Below are positions 14,922 to 29,599 of a stretch of 64,000 bases of DNA, piece by piece. Position 1 is the stretch's first letter. Each line of letters begins with the position of its first letter. Source of the DNA: the human T2T-CHM13v2.0 reference genome, Homo sapiens; NCBI RefSeq assembly GCF_009914755.1, contig NC_060933.1; one strand, written 5' to 3'. The position numbers and the translations under genes were made by a program. The notes below the pieces were generated by a model. That model was not told the DNA's origin. It worked only from the letters and a program-made list of their open reading frames with translations, and did not search any database.

Positions 14922-14927
14922 TTTATT
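14922..14927 (-). terminator. Candidate AATAAA poly(A) signal for an antisense lncRNA (PAPPA-AS2 region)
   Basis: TTTATT on the + strand; position agrees with my unverified recollection that an antisense transcript ends near here. Confidence 0.35.
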
Positions 14928-17164
14928 TTTCAGGCAAGAAAGTGTAGTTGAGCTTTGCTGGTCTTTAGAGTCAGACAATCCTGTTTGAATAGGAGACTTT
15001 CCCCCTTAGCTGTCATCTCGGGCAGGTTATCTTGGGTCAGGTGGCTTGGGGTGGTGGTTTCATGCTCAGACCCCTGAACTGGGCTGCTTGTATCCAAATC
15101 CTAGTTCCCCCACAAAAGGGGTGGGGGCTTCTTTAAAATGTTAATGTTACTATATCGATACACCAAGAGGTAGAAAGTATGCTATCTTAGCCAGCAGTAC
15201 TTTTTTGAGGCTTCTTTTACTAAGTAGAGACGGGCTCAAATGCTGCCTTTCCTTCTCTATCTCTATACTGACAGAGGTCATTACTCTTTGGTAAGGTCCA
15301 AAGGCTTTAGAATTTTAGAAGAATGGGTGGGTGGAACCAGTGATTTTGGTGGTATTTGGATCACCCCATAAGACTCTCGGATGGCCCCAAATTGAGCTGC
15401 TTTTTAATACCAAATCTCAGTCTGCGGCTTGCTTCCATTTGGGGAGAGAGCCTAATTAACTCGTAGCTGGAAAGAACTGCAGGTCTGCCACCCCCCAGGC
15501 AGAGAATTCAAAAGGAAGTGGATAGCTGTGTAAATAACACTGCTTTAAGGGGCATTTAAGCCAATGCTCTTTGTTAAGGAAATTGATGGCTTTGTAAGTA
15601 CTGCGTCTGAAGGGAGTACTTGAGCTGAAGGTCCCCATCTCGCCTCGTAAATTTCCTAATGGACTGTGGGCCTGCAGGCTGGGCCCAGCGTGTTCAATCA
15701 CTTGCCAACAAAAACTCGGATTTCACTCTAAAAAAATTAAAAACGTTTAACCAAAACATAAGTTATTGAGCCTGTGCAGTTTAACTGTGGCACAAGGTAG
15801 CAGAGACAGATTACTTCCTTTAAGGAAAGGGAAACTCCTCATCTTTTACTTTAAAAAATTTGTTTTTTAAATGCTGGATGTGGTGCTACGTGCTTTCTCA
15901 ACAGCTTCTCATTTTTTTGTCCTCATAACAGTTGGGAAGGTAGTCATTATTTTGCCAATTTGCCAAAGAGGAAACGGACTCAGGGCTAAAGTGTGCTGGT
16001 CATTGACACCAGCTAATTAGTGAAGAGCCAGGTTGTGATCACAGCTCCATCAGGCCCCTGAGCCCCCAAGTAGTGCCAAATCATAGGGCATCCGAGAGAG
16101 AATCAGATCAGCCCATCTCATCAGATTCTCCTGAATATCCACATCCATTCAAAATAGATTAACTGGACAGCATGGGAATGACTTACCCTCTTGAAACCTC
16201 AATTTCATTGTCTGTAAAATGGGGATAATAATAGGACCAAACACGGGGCTCTTCTAGATTTGAATGCCTTATGTACTTGAAACATTTAGCACAATGCCCA
16301 GCATGGAGAAAGTCATCCAGTTATTCATTTCACAAATACGCTAAGTACAATTTTAACCGGGGAAGCGGATGATGGTATAGGAAGACCTAGTGAGGGTCCA
16401 TTAGCCCTTCTGGGGGTGGGTTTCCAGGCAGGTTTTTGAGAGGTTAAACTGTGAATAAAGGACAAATGGGGACTAGTCACAGAAAAGGCAGCTCTGGGGA
16501 TTTGAAGAAAGCTTCTGCAAACGTGGGGAGGTGAGAGGGAACATGGTCCACTCAGGGCAACGACAATTTGTGTCTGGAGCTTAGACTAGAGTGCGTTCGA
16601 GAAGAGAGAAGCCTGCAGAGGCAGGCAAGGACCAGAGTACACCTTGTCAATCATCATCAAGCTCCTGTTGGGAAAAGTTGAATGAATAACTCAGTATCTT
16701 CTGGGGCAACCACTTTCAATTTTAGACCAACTGTACTTTGTTAGAAGAGTTTTCCATTGTGTCCTCCCTGAGCCTTCTTTTCTTCAGGTTAAGCATCTTC
16801 ATACCTACATGATTATTGCTCAGTGGTTGGTGCCTATCCAGGGTCCTATTCTTTGACCATATCCTACCACATCAGTGGCCCAGAATTGGCCTCTTCAGCC
16901 ATGACTGGTCCAGCTAGGACTGGAGACAACTTCTCTGGCCTCTAGCTTGGAATCTATAGCCAATGACTCAATCTGCAGTCTCATGCTTTTGTTTGGGCAA
17001 ACACATCCTTCATTTGGCGGAATCTGACTTCAGAGTGACTGCTTCTTGGAACTTTTCGTGAACATGAATAGTTATGATGACTCTTATCATCCCTGATCAA
17101 AAAGGGCAGTGGTTTTGATTGATATTTTCAAATGTTCCCAGTTAACTCTTAAGATTTAGGACCA

Positions 17165-17473
<309 letters not shown>

Positions 17474-17495
17474 TTAGGACCAATTTATTTCTGTC

Positions 17496-17575
17496 TCCCT
17501 CCCTCCCTCCCTCCCTCCCTCCCTTCCTTCCTTCCTTGCTCCCTCCCTCCCTCCCTGCCTCCCTTTCTTCCTTCT
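17496..17575. repeat. (CCCT)n/(CCTT)n microsatellite
   Basis: Read directly. Confidence 0.9.
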
Positions 17576-18185
17576 CTCACTGCTTTCCCTCTTCTTACTG
17601 AGAGATGAGAAAGACATATACACACCTTGTTAAAGAAGAAAATTACAGCTAAGCAATACAAATCAGAACATATAGATTTAAGTTATTATAGTATTTTTAT
17701 TCTAAGGGCTGAAGAGTAACCCATTCATTACATAAGAAAAAGAAAACTTACCCAAGAGCAATCCTGTGCACTGTCTCTCTTCTGTTCTGTAGAGGACTGC
17801 AGTGTGTCTCACCAGCTTGGAGATAGAAGACACTGTGGCTTGAATGGCTCATCTTTTTAGACTTATCGAAACCATATAGCAGGAGGATGGTCTTTGAGGT
17901 GAACCAAACCAGTCAGAGTTCAGGGTGGGAGGGATCCATTTTAACACTCTGGTTTCTGCATGGGAGCCCTGCCAAGAACATAGCATGCTGCGGTCACCTT
18001 AGTCACAACCAGCTATGCCAGATTGGGGTAACTGGCTTGGTTTTCATGTGGTGCCTGACTCATCCTCGAGTCCTTGGCCCACTGGTAGACATAGCATCCA
18101 CTTGTCCAAGCTTCTTTCTTTGCTGGACTCTTATGCATGCCCTATCAGAATGACGGGCTGCTTGTTTTACTGGATTGCAGAATAG

Positions 18186-18191
18186 ATATGC

Positions 18192-18229
<38 letters not shown>

Positions 18230-18463
18230 CATATATATATAGCATATATGTAGCATATATATATAGCATATATATAGCATATAAATAGCATATATATAGC
18301 ATATATATGCCATATATATGCCATATATATAGCATATATATGCCATATATATGCCATATATATAGCATATATATGGCATATATATGGCATATATATAGCA
18401 TATATATAGCATATGTATATATAGCTATATATATATAGCATATATATAGCATATATATATATA
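18186..18463. repeat. Complex (TA)n array interrupted by GC, GCC and GGC
   Basis: ~15 pure AT units followed by 11-13-bp units such as ATATATATAGC, ATATATATGCC, ATATATATGGC. Confidence 0.95.
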
Positions 18464-20569
18464 GACTTTCATTTGCATGCATTGTTTTACTTAATGCTTA
18501 CAAACATGCATTTCTCACAGAGCAATTTTTATTTGACATTGAATATTCCCAATATTTGTATAATAAGCCTTAATCAGCCAGTCAGAACCCTTGACCTCTA
18601 ACAATTATGCAGCATTCAGTGAGTTACTTAATCTTTCTAAGTTTCAGTTGCCACTTTATACAGAGAAGCACAGGAATTAGAATCATATAGAATGTCTAGA
18701 GAACCTTGCAGTGTTAAAACGTTCATTCGTTCAGCAAATATTTCTGATTATCTTCTATGTACTAGTATCTGACTGCAACAATGCACACAACAGCCTATGT
18801 TTCTGCTCTCAAGGAGTTGCCATTCTGTTTTAGAGAGAATACAATTATCAAGCAAACATTTGAAGAAGTGAGATCATGCTATGAAGGGAATAAAATAGAC
18901 TAGTGGTATAGACACTCTAGTGAAGGTGAAAACTATTTTTTGATAGTGTGTTTAGAAAAGTCCTCACTGAGAAGGTAATGGTTGAGCTAAGACCTAAACA
19001 AAAAATTAGAAAAGCCATTTGATAATTGGGGAGATGAGGTCTGGATTGTATCTGCAAAAGTAAAATGTGAAAACAACACAGCTTATAGTTTTTATGTTTG
19101 AGTAGTTTTTAGTTTTCACAGCATTATTTTACTTTATCTTTACACCCACTTTTGAAAATGGGTAGGAAAATAATGCTGTCATTTTTTTTAATAAGCAAAA
19201 AGAATCAGATGCAGAATGATGATGTATGTTACTGGTACCATGAAAGTAAGTTAGCAACAGAGTTGAGGCACACACTTTACCTTCTGGCCCCTTATTCCAT
19301 CTGCTTTTCGTTATAGTTCTATGCATGTTTTTCAGAATGGGTTCATCATCTACACGCTTCTCGATCTTCATTTTGCTGATCATGTTTCTCCATCTTTTTT
19401 TTTTTTCATGTTTCCCCTCTTAACTGAATAACTGATTTAGTGATCAAAGGGCAAAATGTCAAGAACCAAATATATCTTAGAGTGACACAGCTAAAAGGGA
19501 TCACAAAGCTACTTGATTTAACTCTTATTCTATACAAGGGGAAACTGCAGCCCAGAGAGGGAAAGTGACTTGTCCAAAGTCATAGGGTTGATCAGGGCAT
19601 CTATTCTAATCTCCAGTTCCCTTGACTCCCTGACCATTACTGTAGCAGGCTGCAGAGTTTGAGAAAGTGTCTCATATTTTCTCTCTTTTCTTTCTCTCTC
19701 TCTCTTTCTTTCTTCCTTCCTTTCTCTCTCTCTTTTTTTTAATATGGAGATACAATCACACTAAAACTGCTGAAACTCCCTTTGTAGTTTGCCATCTTTT
19801 ATTACCCTCTTTCTTTGCCACTTTTTGCACACTCTCTGCATATCCATGTTTTGGATTTTTTTTTCCGTTTATTAGCTTATATTATCCAGGCCAAATTTCA
19901 TTTCATTATTTCCTGCCCATACTTTTATAGACCTTTGGGTCCTAGGTATTGCTCTTCCTTCTGTTTGTGGTTAGAATGCCAGCCTATCTCTTGGCTGCTA
20001 TATAATTCATGTGACACTGGATTCTACCGCCTCTTTCATATCTTGAGATATCATTGAAACCCAAAAGAGAACTGGCTGAAAGTCATTTAGGGCTTTGAAC
20101 ATTCTGCTCTGTTGGCTGCATTGTCATTTATAAGGATTACTATCTTTGCTTACAATCTTTTTAAGCCATTCAAATTACTATACTAAATTTAAGGTGATGT
20201 AAATGCATCTTCAAGTTCCAATTCATAAGACTGTCAAATCTCTTTATTAAATTTTACTCTAATATGTGCTACCTTTCCTATCCAGATATTCCATTTCTTT
20301 TCAAATTCAGTTAGGATAGAAAATAAAACAATATATAAGACAGATGGTGAGGCATGATGTCTCATAGGAAAAAAAATATATTGTGGGACAATTTGTGTAG
20401 AATTGGATTTTCCCCCTAATATGTGCTTGGATTTATGCTCTGACCTCTTTATAATTAATATTTTCATAAAAATTTTTACATAATACTATCTGCTAAAGCA
20501 GATTGAAATCAGGTTTGGGACATCTTCAGAATCATTGATAACAGAGATTCTAAAACTCCAAAATAACTT

Positions 20570-22400
20570 TGTTAATTCATCATTTACTGAGTATCTGCTA
20601 TGAGATTGACACTATCCTAAGTATTCGGGATATTAATTAAAGTAAGACAAGGGCCAGAAATATCTGAAAATTCAAGAGCTGTACAAAATCATTCATTTAT
20701 TCACTTATTCATGTATTTTTAAACATGACATAATATAGCCAGGTAGTTTTCTTGACCCTAATGGAAAAGATGCACTTTGAAACATGCTTCTATTAAACTT
20801 GTGTTGGTTGTATGGGAGCAGGGAACAATAATAAATAAATATTTTATTTTTTATTTTATTTATTTTAAATAAAATAAATATTTAAAATAGTGAATACTAC
20901 AGTAAAGGAAATAAAACAATATGGTATGCTACTTTGCAGTGGGGATGGAGGATTAGAATGTGAATTAACTGCTTGTTACTTGAATATTTGAAATGACTGC
21001 TAAATAATGAAGAGGTCATGAGAAAAGCCAAGAAAGAGATATTCCAGAAAATGTGAACATCAAGTTCAGGTTCTTGGATGCTTACTTAAGGAATAGATAC
21101 TTGTTGTGTCGATAGATGTCTGTCTGGATGAATGAATGAATGCATGAATGAATGGAAGGTAGTGAGCAAGGAGGACAGTAACAGAAGATGGAGGGATAAA
21201 GCAGGGGCTTGTAGGCCTGGATACAGACTTTGAACTCTTCCACATGAGATGTTAAGCCATTGAGGAGTTTTAGATGAGGGGCATGGCATGGCGTAGTTTA
21301 CGTTTTTAGAAGAGCACTATAGCTGTTCTGAAGGAGGGATAGTTGGGAAACAAATGGTTGAGAAAAGAGAAGCAGATAGGCTGGTTAAGTGAGAATTGCA
21401 GCAGTGATGTTGGCTTGAACTAGGGTGGTAATGATAGAACAAATTAGATCTATTTTAAATATCCCAGGGAAAAGGAGCCTATAAGGTATACTGATGGACT
21501 TTGTGTGGTGTTAAAGGGTGAGCTGAAAAAAAGTAGGACAGATGACTGGGAAGGTTTTGGTTTGGTCATTGTTAAGTGATGGTGTTGTCATTTACTAAGG
21601 TGGAGAAAAAGGGAATGTGGGGAGAAATCAGTATTTTTGTTTTAGATATGTTTTTTGATGTCTTTTGATGATTTTGTGATGCCTTTAAATAGGCAGATAT
21701 TTAGTAGAGATATAATTTTAGGCAGTTGGGACTCAGAGAAGAGGTCATATCTAAGGCTATAAATGTTTCAGTGATTGGCACATAGAGGTTTTAAAATTTT
21801 TATTTAGAAACTGAGACAGGATGAGAAACTGTAGATAAAAAAGAAAAAGGGGTCCCCATCTAACCCTGAAGTCTGGCAGCATTCCATGTAGAGTTAGGGA
21901 AGGAGAAGCCCTCAAATGAGTCTGTGGGGGAGGATCCCAGACAACTAGGATGACATGATGTCATGGAAGTCAAGAGAGGGAGGACTGCAAGAAGACAGGA
22001 GGGGGCTACTTCTTTATATGCTTCAAGGCAGTCTAGCAAGATGGGGATTTTGACATCATGCTCAGCTTTAGCAACTTTGAGGTTGATGACGACGTTAATG
22101 AGATTGATTTTGGTGGAGTGGTGAGTATAGAAGCTAGACTGGAGAGAACCGATAGGTGAAGTGCAGGAGACAAAGTGAATAACACTAGTTTAGATAACGC
22201 AATAAATTTTACTGTGAATCATAGAAAGAGAGATGTGGGATAGGAGAAATAGTATTTAGGAGACGTATAACAGAATGAAAGGAGGTTTGCGTTTTTATTA
22301 ATTTAAAAACTTTGAATTTTTCAAGAATTTTTACATTTTTAAATCTTTAGATGGGCTATATTCTATTTTGCTGATTTGGGAGACTAATGATGTAGGAAAT
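20570..22400 (-). mobile_element. Long, decayed L2 LINE
   Basis: tttactgagtatctgctatg (3' end), agccattgaggagtttt, gcactatagctg, gatggtgttgtcatttactaag, ttttggtggagtggtg; limits approximate. Confidence 0.65.
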
Positions 22401-22700
22401 AGAGGGAAATGGTTTGTACCAAACAAGTAGTGATGCAGAAAAGTGAGAGATGTCATGGAGCTGAAGTTGCTAGAACTGAATCTTAATGGAAGACTCATAG
22501 GCAGGACCAGCCTTTCAGGCTAAGGAAGTAAGGGCAGATGCTCTGAGATGTGAGTTCTGGGAAAGAACTGGATGCATTTGACGGTGGAGATGTGGTTGGA
22601 ACTAAGAATAAATAGGAAAGTTGGAGCTAGATTACAAAAAGACTTGAAAGCTAGTTGGGGAAGTTAAAATTTTGTAGGAGTCTATGAAGTATTTCAAACA

Positions 22701-23000
22701 GGCTGGGCACGGTGGCTCATGCCTGTAATCCCAGCATTTTGGGAGGTCAAGGCAGGCGGATCACCTGAGGTCGGGAGTTCGAGACCAGCCTGACCAATGT
22801 GGAGAAACCCCGTCTCTATTCAAAATACAAAAAATTCGCCGGCTTGGTGGCGCATTCCTGTAATCCCAGCTACTCAGGAGGCTGAGGCAGGAGAATCACT
22901 TGAACCCACGGAGGTTGCAGTGAGCCAAGATTGCACCATTGCACTTCAGCCTGGGCAACAAGAGCAAAACTCTGTCTCAAAATAAATAAATAAATAAATA
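22701..23000 (+). mobile_element. AluSp-like with (AAAT)n tail
   Basis: TSD aagtatttcaaaca at 22687-22700 and 23001-23014; cgggagttcgagacc, ggagaaacccc and ggcaacaagagc diagnostics. Confidence 0.95.
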
Positions 23001-24297
23001 AAGTATTTCAAACATGAAAATATTCATATTTTAGATAAATCATTCATAGATTCATAAGCTGCTTTGTGAGAAGGGATTGAGGTGAGGAAGATGCAAAGCC
23101 AGTTTTGAGTGTGTAAGGGCTAAGTAGATAGAATATGAGGCTGTGCTACAGGTGCCTTCCTTGATGGGCCTGAGTGTAGAGTTAGTGTGATAATGTGATT
23201 ACTTCCAGGGATGCTCTTCTTTTCCAGTGCCTTCAGTTTGTTGGAGGATGCTTGATTCTCACAGTGAAACACAGGGAGGAATTTCTGGCCCATGTGGGTA
23301 TGTGGCCAACCTTTGAAGGAACTGGAAACCAACTTAAGCTCCTCAGATTCAGGTCTCCTTCAGTAGACCTAATCAGCATCTGAAGCTTGTTAGCAGATTC
23401 ATGGTTCCTTAGGAGCCCTCACTACCCTGTCTTTTGTACTCTGGGCAGGCTGATCTGGTTGAGGAGGTTAAGAAGAAACCCTGGTTTGAATAGAATTAAA
23501 TGAGGTCAGCAATGTGGGTTTGACACGAAGCCTTTGAAAGATAGGCTATATAAAGTCAAGATATTTCTGTCCCAGAGGAAACATATGCCAATATATAGCC
23601 ACCTCCCAGCCCCACCCAAGCTTCCCCTTTGTAAACCTTCAGCAGGTAAGCACTCCTGCTCCCCCTGTTCCAAGAAACTAACGTTTAAGTACAAAGATCA
23701 CGCTTTGTTGTGTGTGGGGGTGTTTCTTTTTGTTGCTGTTTGGAAGAATTGTGATGTGGCATAAAGACTGTTGTTATTGAACCCATCTCTAAATAAACAG
23801 CTAAACTTAAAATATGCTACTTTTTTTCTGGCCTTTAAAGATCTTTTTGAAAAGTAATCGTTGGACTAAAAGAGAATATCATAATGCCAATCACTGTTTT
23901 ATTAGCTAGAAATAGAAATAGATGCTAATTTCTCAAAAGCTGTCCTATCTTTATTTGCAAGAAATTTAGAAAGACAGGTGAATCCACTCATCGTTTGGAA
24001 GGAGGTTCATTTCAGAAGAGTGCACATTCAAAATCTTTGCTTTCTCCTTGAGCTCTAAATTAGTGACTAAGAACTCTCATCTCCTCATCTACAGGTAGTT
24101 TTGTGTATGTTTGGTTTTCTTTTTGGCTCATCAATGGGCTGGAAGATTAGTAACCTCAATAGCTTCCCAGACTAGTTATATTTAGCCAATACCAGTGAAT
24201 GTTACAAAAAGTGAAATCAGAGATTTCCAAAAGTAATATTGAGACTTACTTAAGGGTAATCAACTATTTTGCTCCCAGAATTATATATTGAAAAGTG

Positions 24298-24580
24298 GGC
24301 CGGGCATGGTGGCTCACACCTGTAATCCCAGCACTTTGGGAGGCTGAACGGGGGGTGGATCACCTGAGGTTAAGAGTTCGAGACCAGCCTGACCAACATG
24401 GTGAAACCCCGTTTCTACTAAAAATACAAAAATTAGCCGGATGTGGTGGCGGGTGCCTGTAATCCCAGCTACTCAGGAGGCTGAGGCAGGAGAATTGCTA
24501 GAACCCAAGAGGAAGAGGTTGCAGTGAGCCAAGATCGCACCATTGCATTCCAGCCTGGGCAACAGAGCGAGACTCGGTCT

Positions 24581-24613
<33 letters not shown>

Positions 24614-24614
24614 A
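24298..24614 (+). mobile_element. AluS, full length
   Basis: ggccgggcatggtggctcacacc...gactcggtctc plus an A/GAAAA tail. Confidence 0.95.
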
Positions 24615-25871
24615 TTTCAAAGTCTCCTCATTTCTGAAGGATAATTTCGATTTATTTAACATAGTATTGCAATCTTTTTTAAATCTAGCTTCAGATCAGT
24701 TTCTTACTGTATTAGTTCCAGGATTTACTGCATTCCCTTACTCAAGTATTGGTCAAAGTTTATCCTTTACTCAGACACCTCTCTTTACATGCTCAAACTA
24801 TTTATACCCTCTAAGATGTTTCTCCCAAATCATTTTGTCAAGGAAGCCTTCTCTCATTTTCCCAAGAAGTATTGATAGGAGGAGGGCCTGTCCTGATTCA
24901 TTAACGTATTTCCAGCACCAGCACAACAAGAAGCAGATGTTAGTATATTGATTAAATGAATGTATAGACTTCTCCAGTTCTCATCTACTGATTAGAAGAT
25001 ATTTTAGCTGGGGATTGCAATAGCCCTCACTCCTAAAATCTCCAGAAAGCTTTGGTAGCTCTTATCTGTTGCTCATTCATTGCTGAAATAATCAAAAATG
25101 AATTACTGGGTTCTTAGTGTTAGCTGGGCATCTCAGAAATGTTTGAGAAGCAATCCCTTGGGGTTTAATTTTGAAAACTGCAATCCCAAGGTTTGAGGAA
25201 ATTTTATAGTGAAGCTGATAAATCTTTTAGAAAAAGTGTGACATACCCTATAAGAAGGTGCCTCTGTTTTGATGAAATCTGGTTTGTAGTACTATCATGG
25301 TATGGTCAGTAATAGCATTACAAATAAGTACACAAGCACCTAGTTAGTTTAGTCTATGTATAATCTGGTAATAAATGAACTCAAAGATAAATCCGTTGTT
25401 ACCTTTCATTTGTTGTTTATCTAGTCATATATTCCTCAATCACTGGTTTGGTGTCCCCTTTACTCTGAGCACTGTTATGGGTTGGAAATACTACCGTGAA
25501 GGACTCCACAATTCTGTTCGCAGAGATCTTGTCTGCCTGATAAGGAAACAGACCCACAGACAGACAGTGAGGAAACTGTGATGGAAGAAATCTAGGAACT
25601 GTGATAACACAGGAATGACACTCAGCTAGGGTGGGGTCAGGAAAAAGGGATGAGGAATAGAGAAGACTTGCAAAGGAGATGCTCTAGATGAACCTTGAAG
25701 AACCAGTGGGAGTTAGCAAAGTGAAAAATGGAAAGCACATTTCAGGCAGAGAAAAACAACCTTTGTAAGGGTGTGGAGAAATGAAACGGAATTGTTCGTG
25801 TGGAATGTGCATGAAGAGGACAGTTTGTGGATGGTCTTGTATGCCAAGCTAAGGAAAATGATGTTTTTTAA

Positions 25872-26201
<330 letters not shown>

Positions 26202-29200
26202 TAGTGGGGATCTATCAAAGGAGGGGCATGGTAAGATTTGTATGTCAGGTAGAAGACTTATAGCCAAAATACCTTAAATTATCCCACTATCCTAGAGAAT
26301 ACACATTATCTCAGGCCATGTTTGAAGAACACATTGACTTCAGTTAGCTTTTACAGTAACCGATAACTTATGACTATCTGTTCAACGTTTTGAAACTGAT
26401 GAGAGTCAATGTGAAGGCAAGTTTCCTTGTGAAAATTATCCCTAATATCTTGTACTGAGAAGACACGAATAATTTAATTTCTTCCTCCCTTCTCCAGCTC
26501 TGACCTCTTTAACCTCTTTAGGTATTTCTGTCACTTATTCACCTGAGTGATTCTAGTGACATCATAAATTCCCAAAGTTTCTAATTCAGCTAAGTTAATT
26601 ATTGTCCACCAATTGTGTTGAAATCATTCCAATGTAAGTCAATATATTCTTTTCTTTAGGTTGTTACTTTTTTCTTTTGTTTGTTTACTTGCTTCCTTGG
26701 CATTTATATTGAAAATAGCTCATGCATCCTCTTTAATCATGTCTATCCTTCAAGATACCTTAGGGTCTAGGGCTGGGTAGAGAAAAGTAGAATCTCTAAT
26801 TAAGAAGACTTCTTCTCCAACTCCAACCTCATTATCATCATTGTTAAGAATAGACCCTGTGTCTTTAAGACCAGTATTATTTTCCCATCTCAGTCTGTTA
26901 TGCTATTTGATCATCCTCAGAACCTTGTTGAGAAAGTCTAAAATGTAATTTTGTTTTCATTTTATATATGGGGAAACTGAGGCATAGGGAGGTGAAATAC
27001 CATGTCCAAGATTAACCAATAATCAGAGATAGATCAAGAGCTTGAATCCAGGATTTCTGACTTCAAGGATAAGAACTCTTAACAATAGCTCTAACCTGAG
27101 CCTTTGCTTCAAGGTAAACTAATATCATTTTCCTAAGATTTGGTTTTCCAAGCTTTCAAATGGGAATAACGATCTCTGTGCATCTTAAGTAGTGTCCTGC
27201 AGACATGCCTCAGGAACTCAGGGACATGGCATTTCACCTTGATGCTCCAGATAAATGAAAATAAGTCAGCTGGTGGCAGTATCAACTATGTCTGTCCACT
27301 TACACCAAGTCCATCTGCCTCGGGCTCTTGAAGCTGAACTCATTTCTTCCAAAAGGAAAAGAAAGTTTCTGGCATATGAAATCTCAACTGGAGAAGACAG
27401 ACTTTGCTAATGGCACCTACCCACGTCAAGTCTCCTAGCTGGATAGAACAGATTTCTAAATGTGTCACCACATGAAAGGGAATGAATCTGAAGTGAGGAA
27501 TTCCCTGATATGAGGGGAAGATGGCGTGGGATGGAGAAATCAGAATGCCCAGTGCAATCCCACTATCAGCTAGTCACCACCTGGCTTACAGCTCCATTTC
27601 CTTCTCCCTAAGACATAGTCTAAAGAAAATAGTCAAAGGGTACAGAGTTTAAACTGTATTTGGTTGAGAGTATATACATCGGGGATGCCAGATTTTGGTC
27701 ATTCGTTCATTCAACAAATATTTATTGAAAGTGTATTATGTTTTCAGGATGTGTATGTGTATAAAAGTGTGTATGTGTGCACATGAATGTGTATGTCTGT
27801 GTATAATTTTCTTAGTATCCCTCACAGTGAAATTTACTGTATTATTATCAATGCTACCTAGCTACTACACGGAAGTTATTTGACCTTGGTATTGACTTCA
27901 GACTCTTTTCACTACAACCTGCTCAGCATCTAGCAGAAAGTATTTAAGGAGCACCAAGTAAATTGATGTAATGAAAACAAGACCAGTTTGTTTTAGTGTT
28001 TTGTTGTTGCTGTCTTTGTTTTTTGCGGCCGCACATTTGTATTCCATTCCTCACTCTGTTCTCTTCTGTGCTTGGGGCAGAGGGAGTAGAGAGGGAGAGA
28101 GAATTCCCCAGACACGGGCTGGCAGATGTAGCTGAAGGGCCCCCGGGACACTAATAGCAACAGAAACTGAATAGCTGTGTCCAAGGATGTTATTTTAAAA
28201 AGAGACTCACAATAGCTTTGTCAGCAGAATCTTGGAGAAGAAACTGCATCTTCTGTCTCTCTTTCTCTCTCTCTCCCTTGCTTTCTTTTTAACTCCATCT
28301 TATTTTTCTGTCTTTTAACTCTTCCTCTACGTATCTATATATCATCTATTACTTATCGACCTGCCTGTATACCTGTTTACCTACCTGTGTCTATTTCTAC
28401 CTTTCCTCCATTCTCAGGTTCTGCTGATTCCTAGCAGACAAATTTATTGTGGTCTTTAACATAATCAGGAAGAAATTAGCCTTTAGAAGAACTAAAATCT
28501 AACCCCAATTTCTGTCATTCCGAGAGGTTTTTTGCTAAGGAAATTAAGTCACTTTAGAGACTAGATCTTACCCTTACAGAGAACATAATCTTACCCTATT
28601 TTTCTTTACATTGGAGGAGAAGAAAGTGATACCAAGAATTAGGCACCCCTATGATCTTATTTCCAAGAGGTTGTTTTCGTCATTCTGTAGCTATGGCATG
28701 TAGGGAGAAGATTTCTCTGCTAGGTGTAAAAAGGCCAGTCTTCTACTTCTTGCTCTGCTACCACCTGTCTCTGTGACCTGGAAGCAGATGGCTTCTTCCT
28801 CAAGCTCACAGTTTTCCATTAGATAAAATGGATGAAGGGGCCAGCATTATACCCACAATCATCTGAAATCACTGCAACAACGCTGGGTAAATATCATTAC
28901 CTCCATTTTTTTTTTTTTTCAGATGAGGAAAATGAAGTTCAGAGAGGTTAGGTTATTTTATTTATGTCCTCTTTGTAGTGCTTATAGGAAGCAGAATTCA
29001 GATTTGTACCTACTTCTGCCTGATGTCAAAACCCTTGCTCTTTTCAGTTCTCTGTATTGGGTTTCTGAAGAGTAAAGTCTGGATTTATGGCTGGTCACTC
29101 TTGGATTGGGCCTAGGTTATACGATATGTAGAGTGGCCACATTCACATGAGGTTGGAGCTACTGAGAAGTACTGAGCCTGTATTCTTTCTATATTGAACT

Positions 29201-29261
29201 GCCATGAATGCTACTGGTCACTTATAATGAATTGATTTATTCTGTTTCTTTTGCTCATTCT

Positions 29262-29599
29262 TTCTTTCTTTTCTCTTTCTGTTTTTCTTTTGTTTTGTTT
29301 TGTTTTGTTTTTTTGTTTTTTTCAGACAGGGTCTTGCTCTGTCACCCAGGCTGGAGTGCAGTGGTGTGATCACTACTCACTGCAGCTCTGACCTACTGGG
29401 CTCAATAAATCCTCCCACCTCAGCCTCATGAGTAGCTGGGACTACAGATGTGCACCACTGTGCCCAGCTAACTTTTGTATGTTTTGGAGAGACAGGGTCT
29501 CATCATGTTGCTCAGGCTCATCTGATTGCTCAAGCAATCTGCCTGCCTTGGCTCTCCCCAAAGTGCTGGGATTACAGGCATGAGCCACTGTGCCCGGCC
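29262..29599 (-). mobile_element. AluJ with a (TTTTG)n-type tail
   Basis: gacagggtcttgctctg...ctgggctcaataaatcctcccacc (J-type)...gtgcccggcc. Confidence 0.9.

Noticed and set aside
18060-18482. Three overlapping Tyr/Ile-rich minus-strand ORFs
   Set aside because: Translation of the TA microsatellite.
20857-20880. 11-bp A/T inverted repeat TATTTATTTTA-aa-TAAAATAAATA
   Set aside because: Expected in an A/T-only low-complexity stretch.
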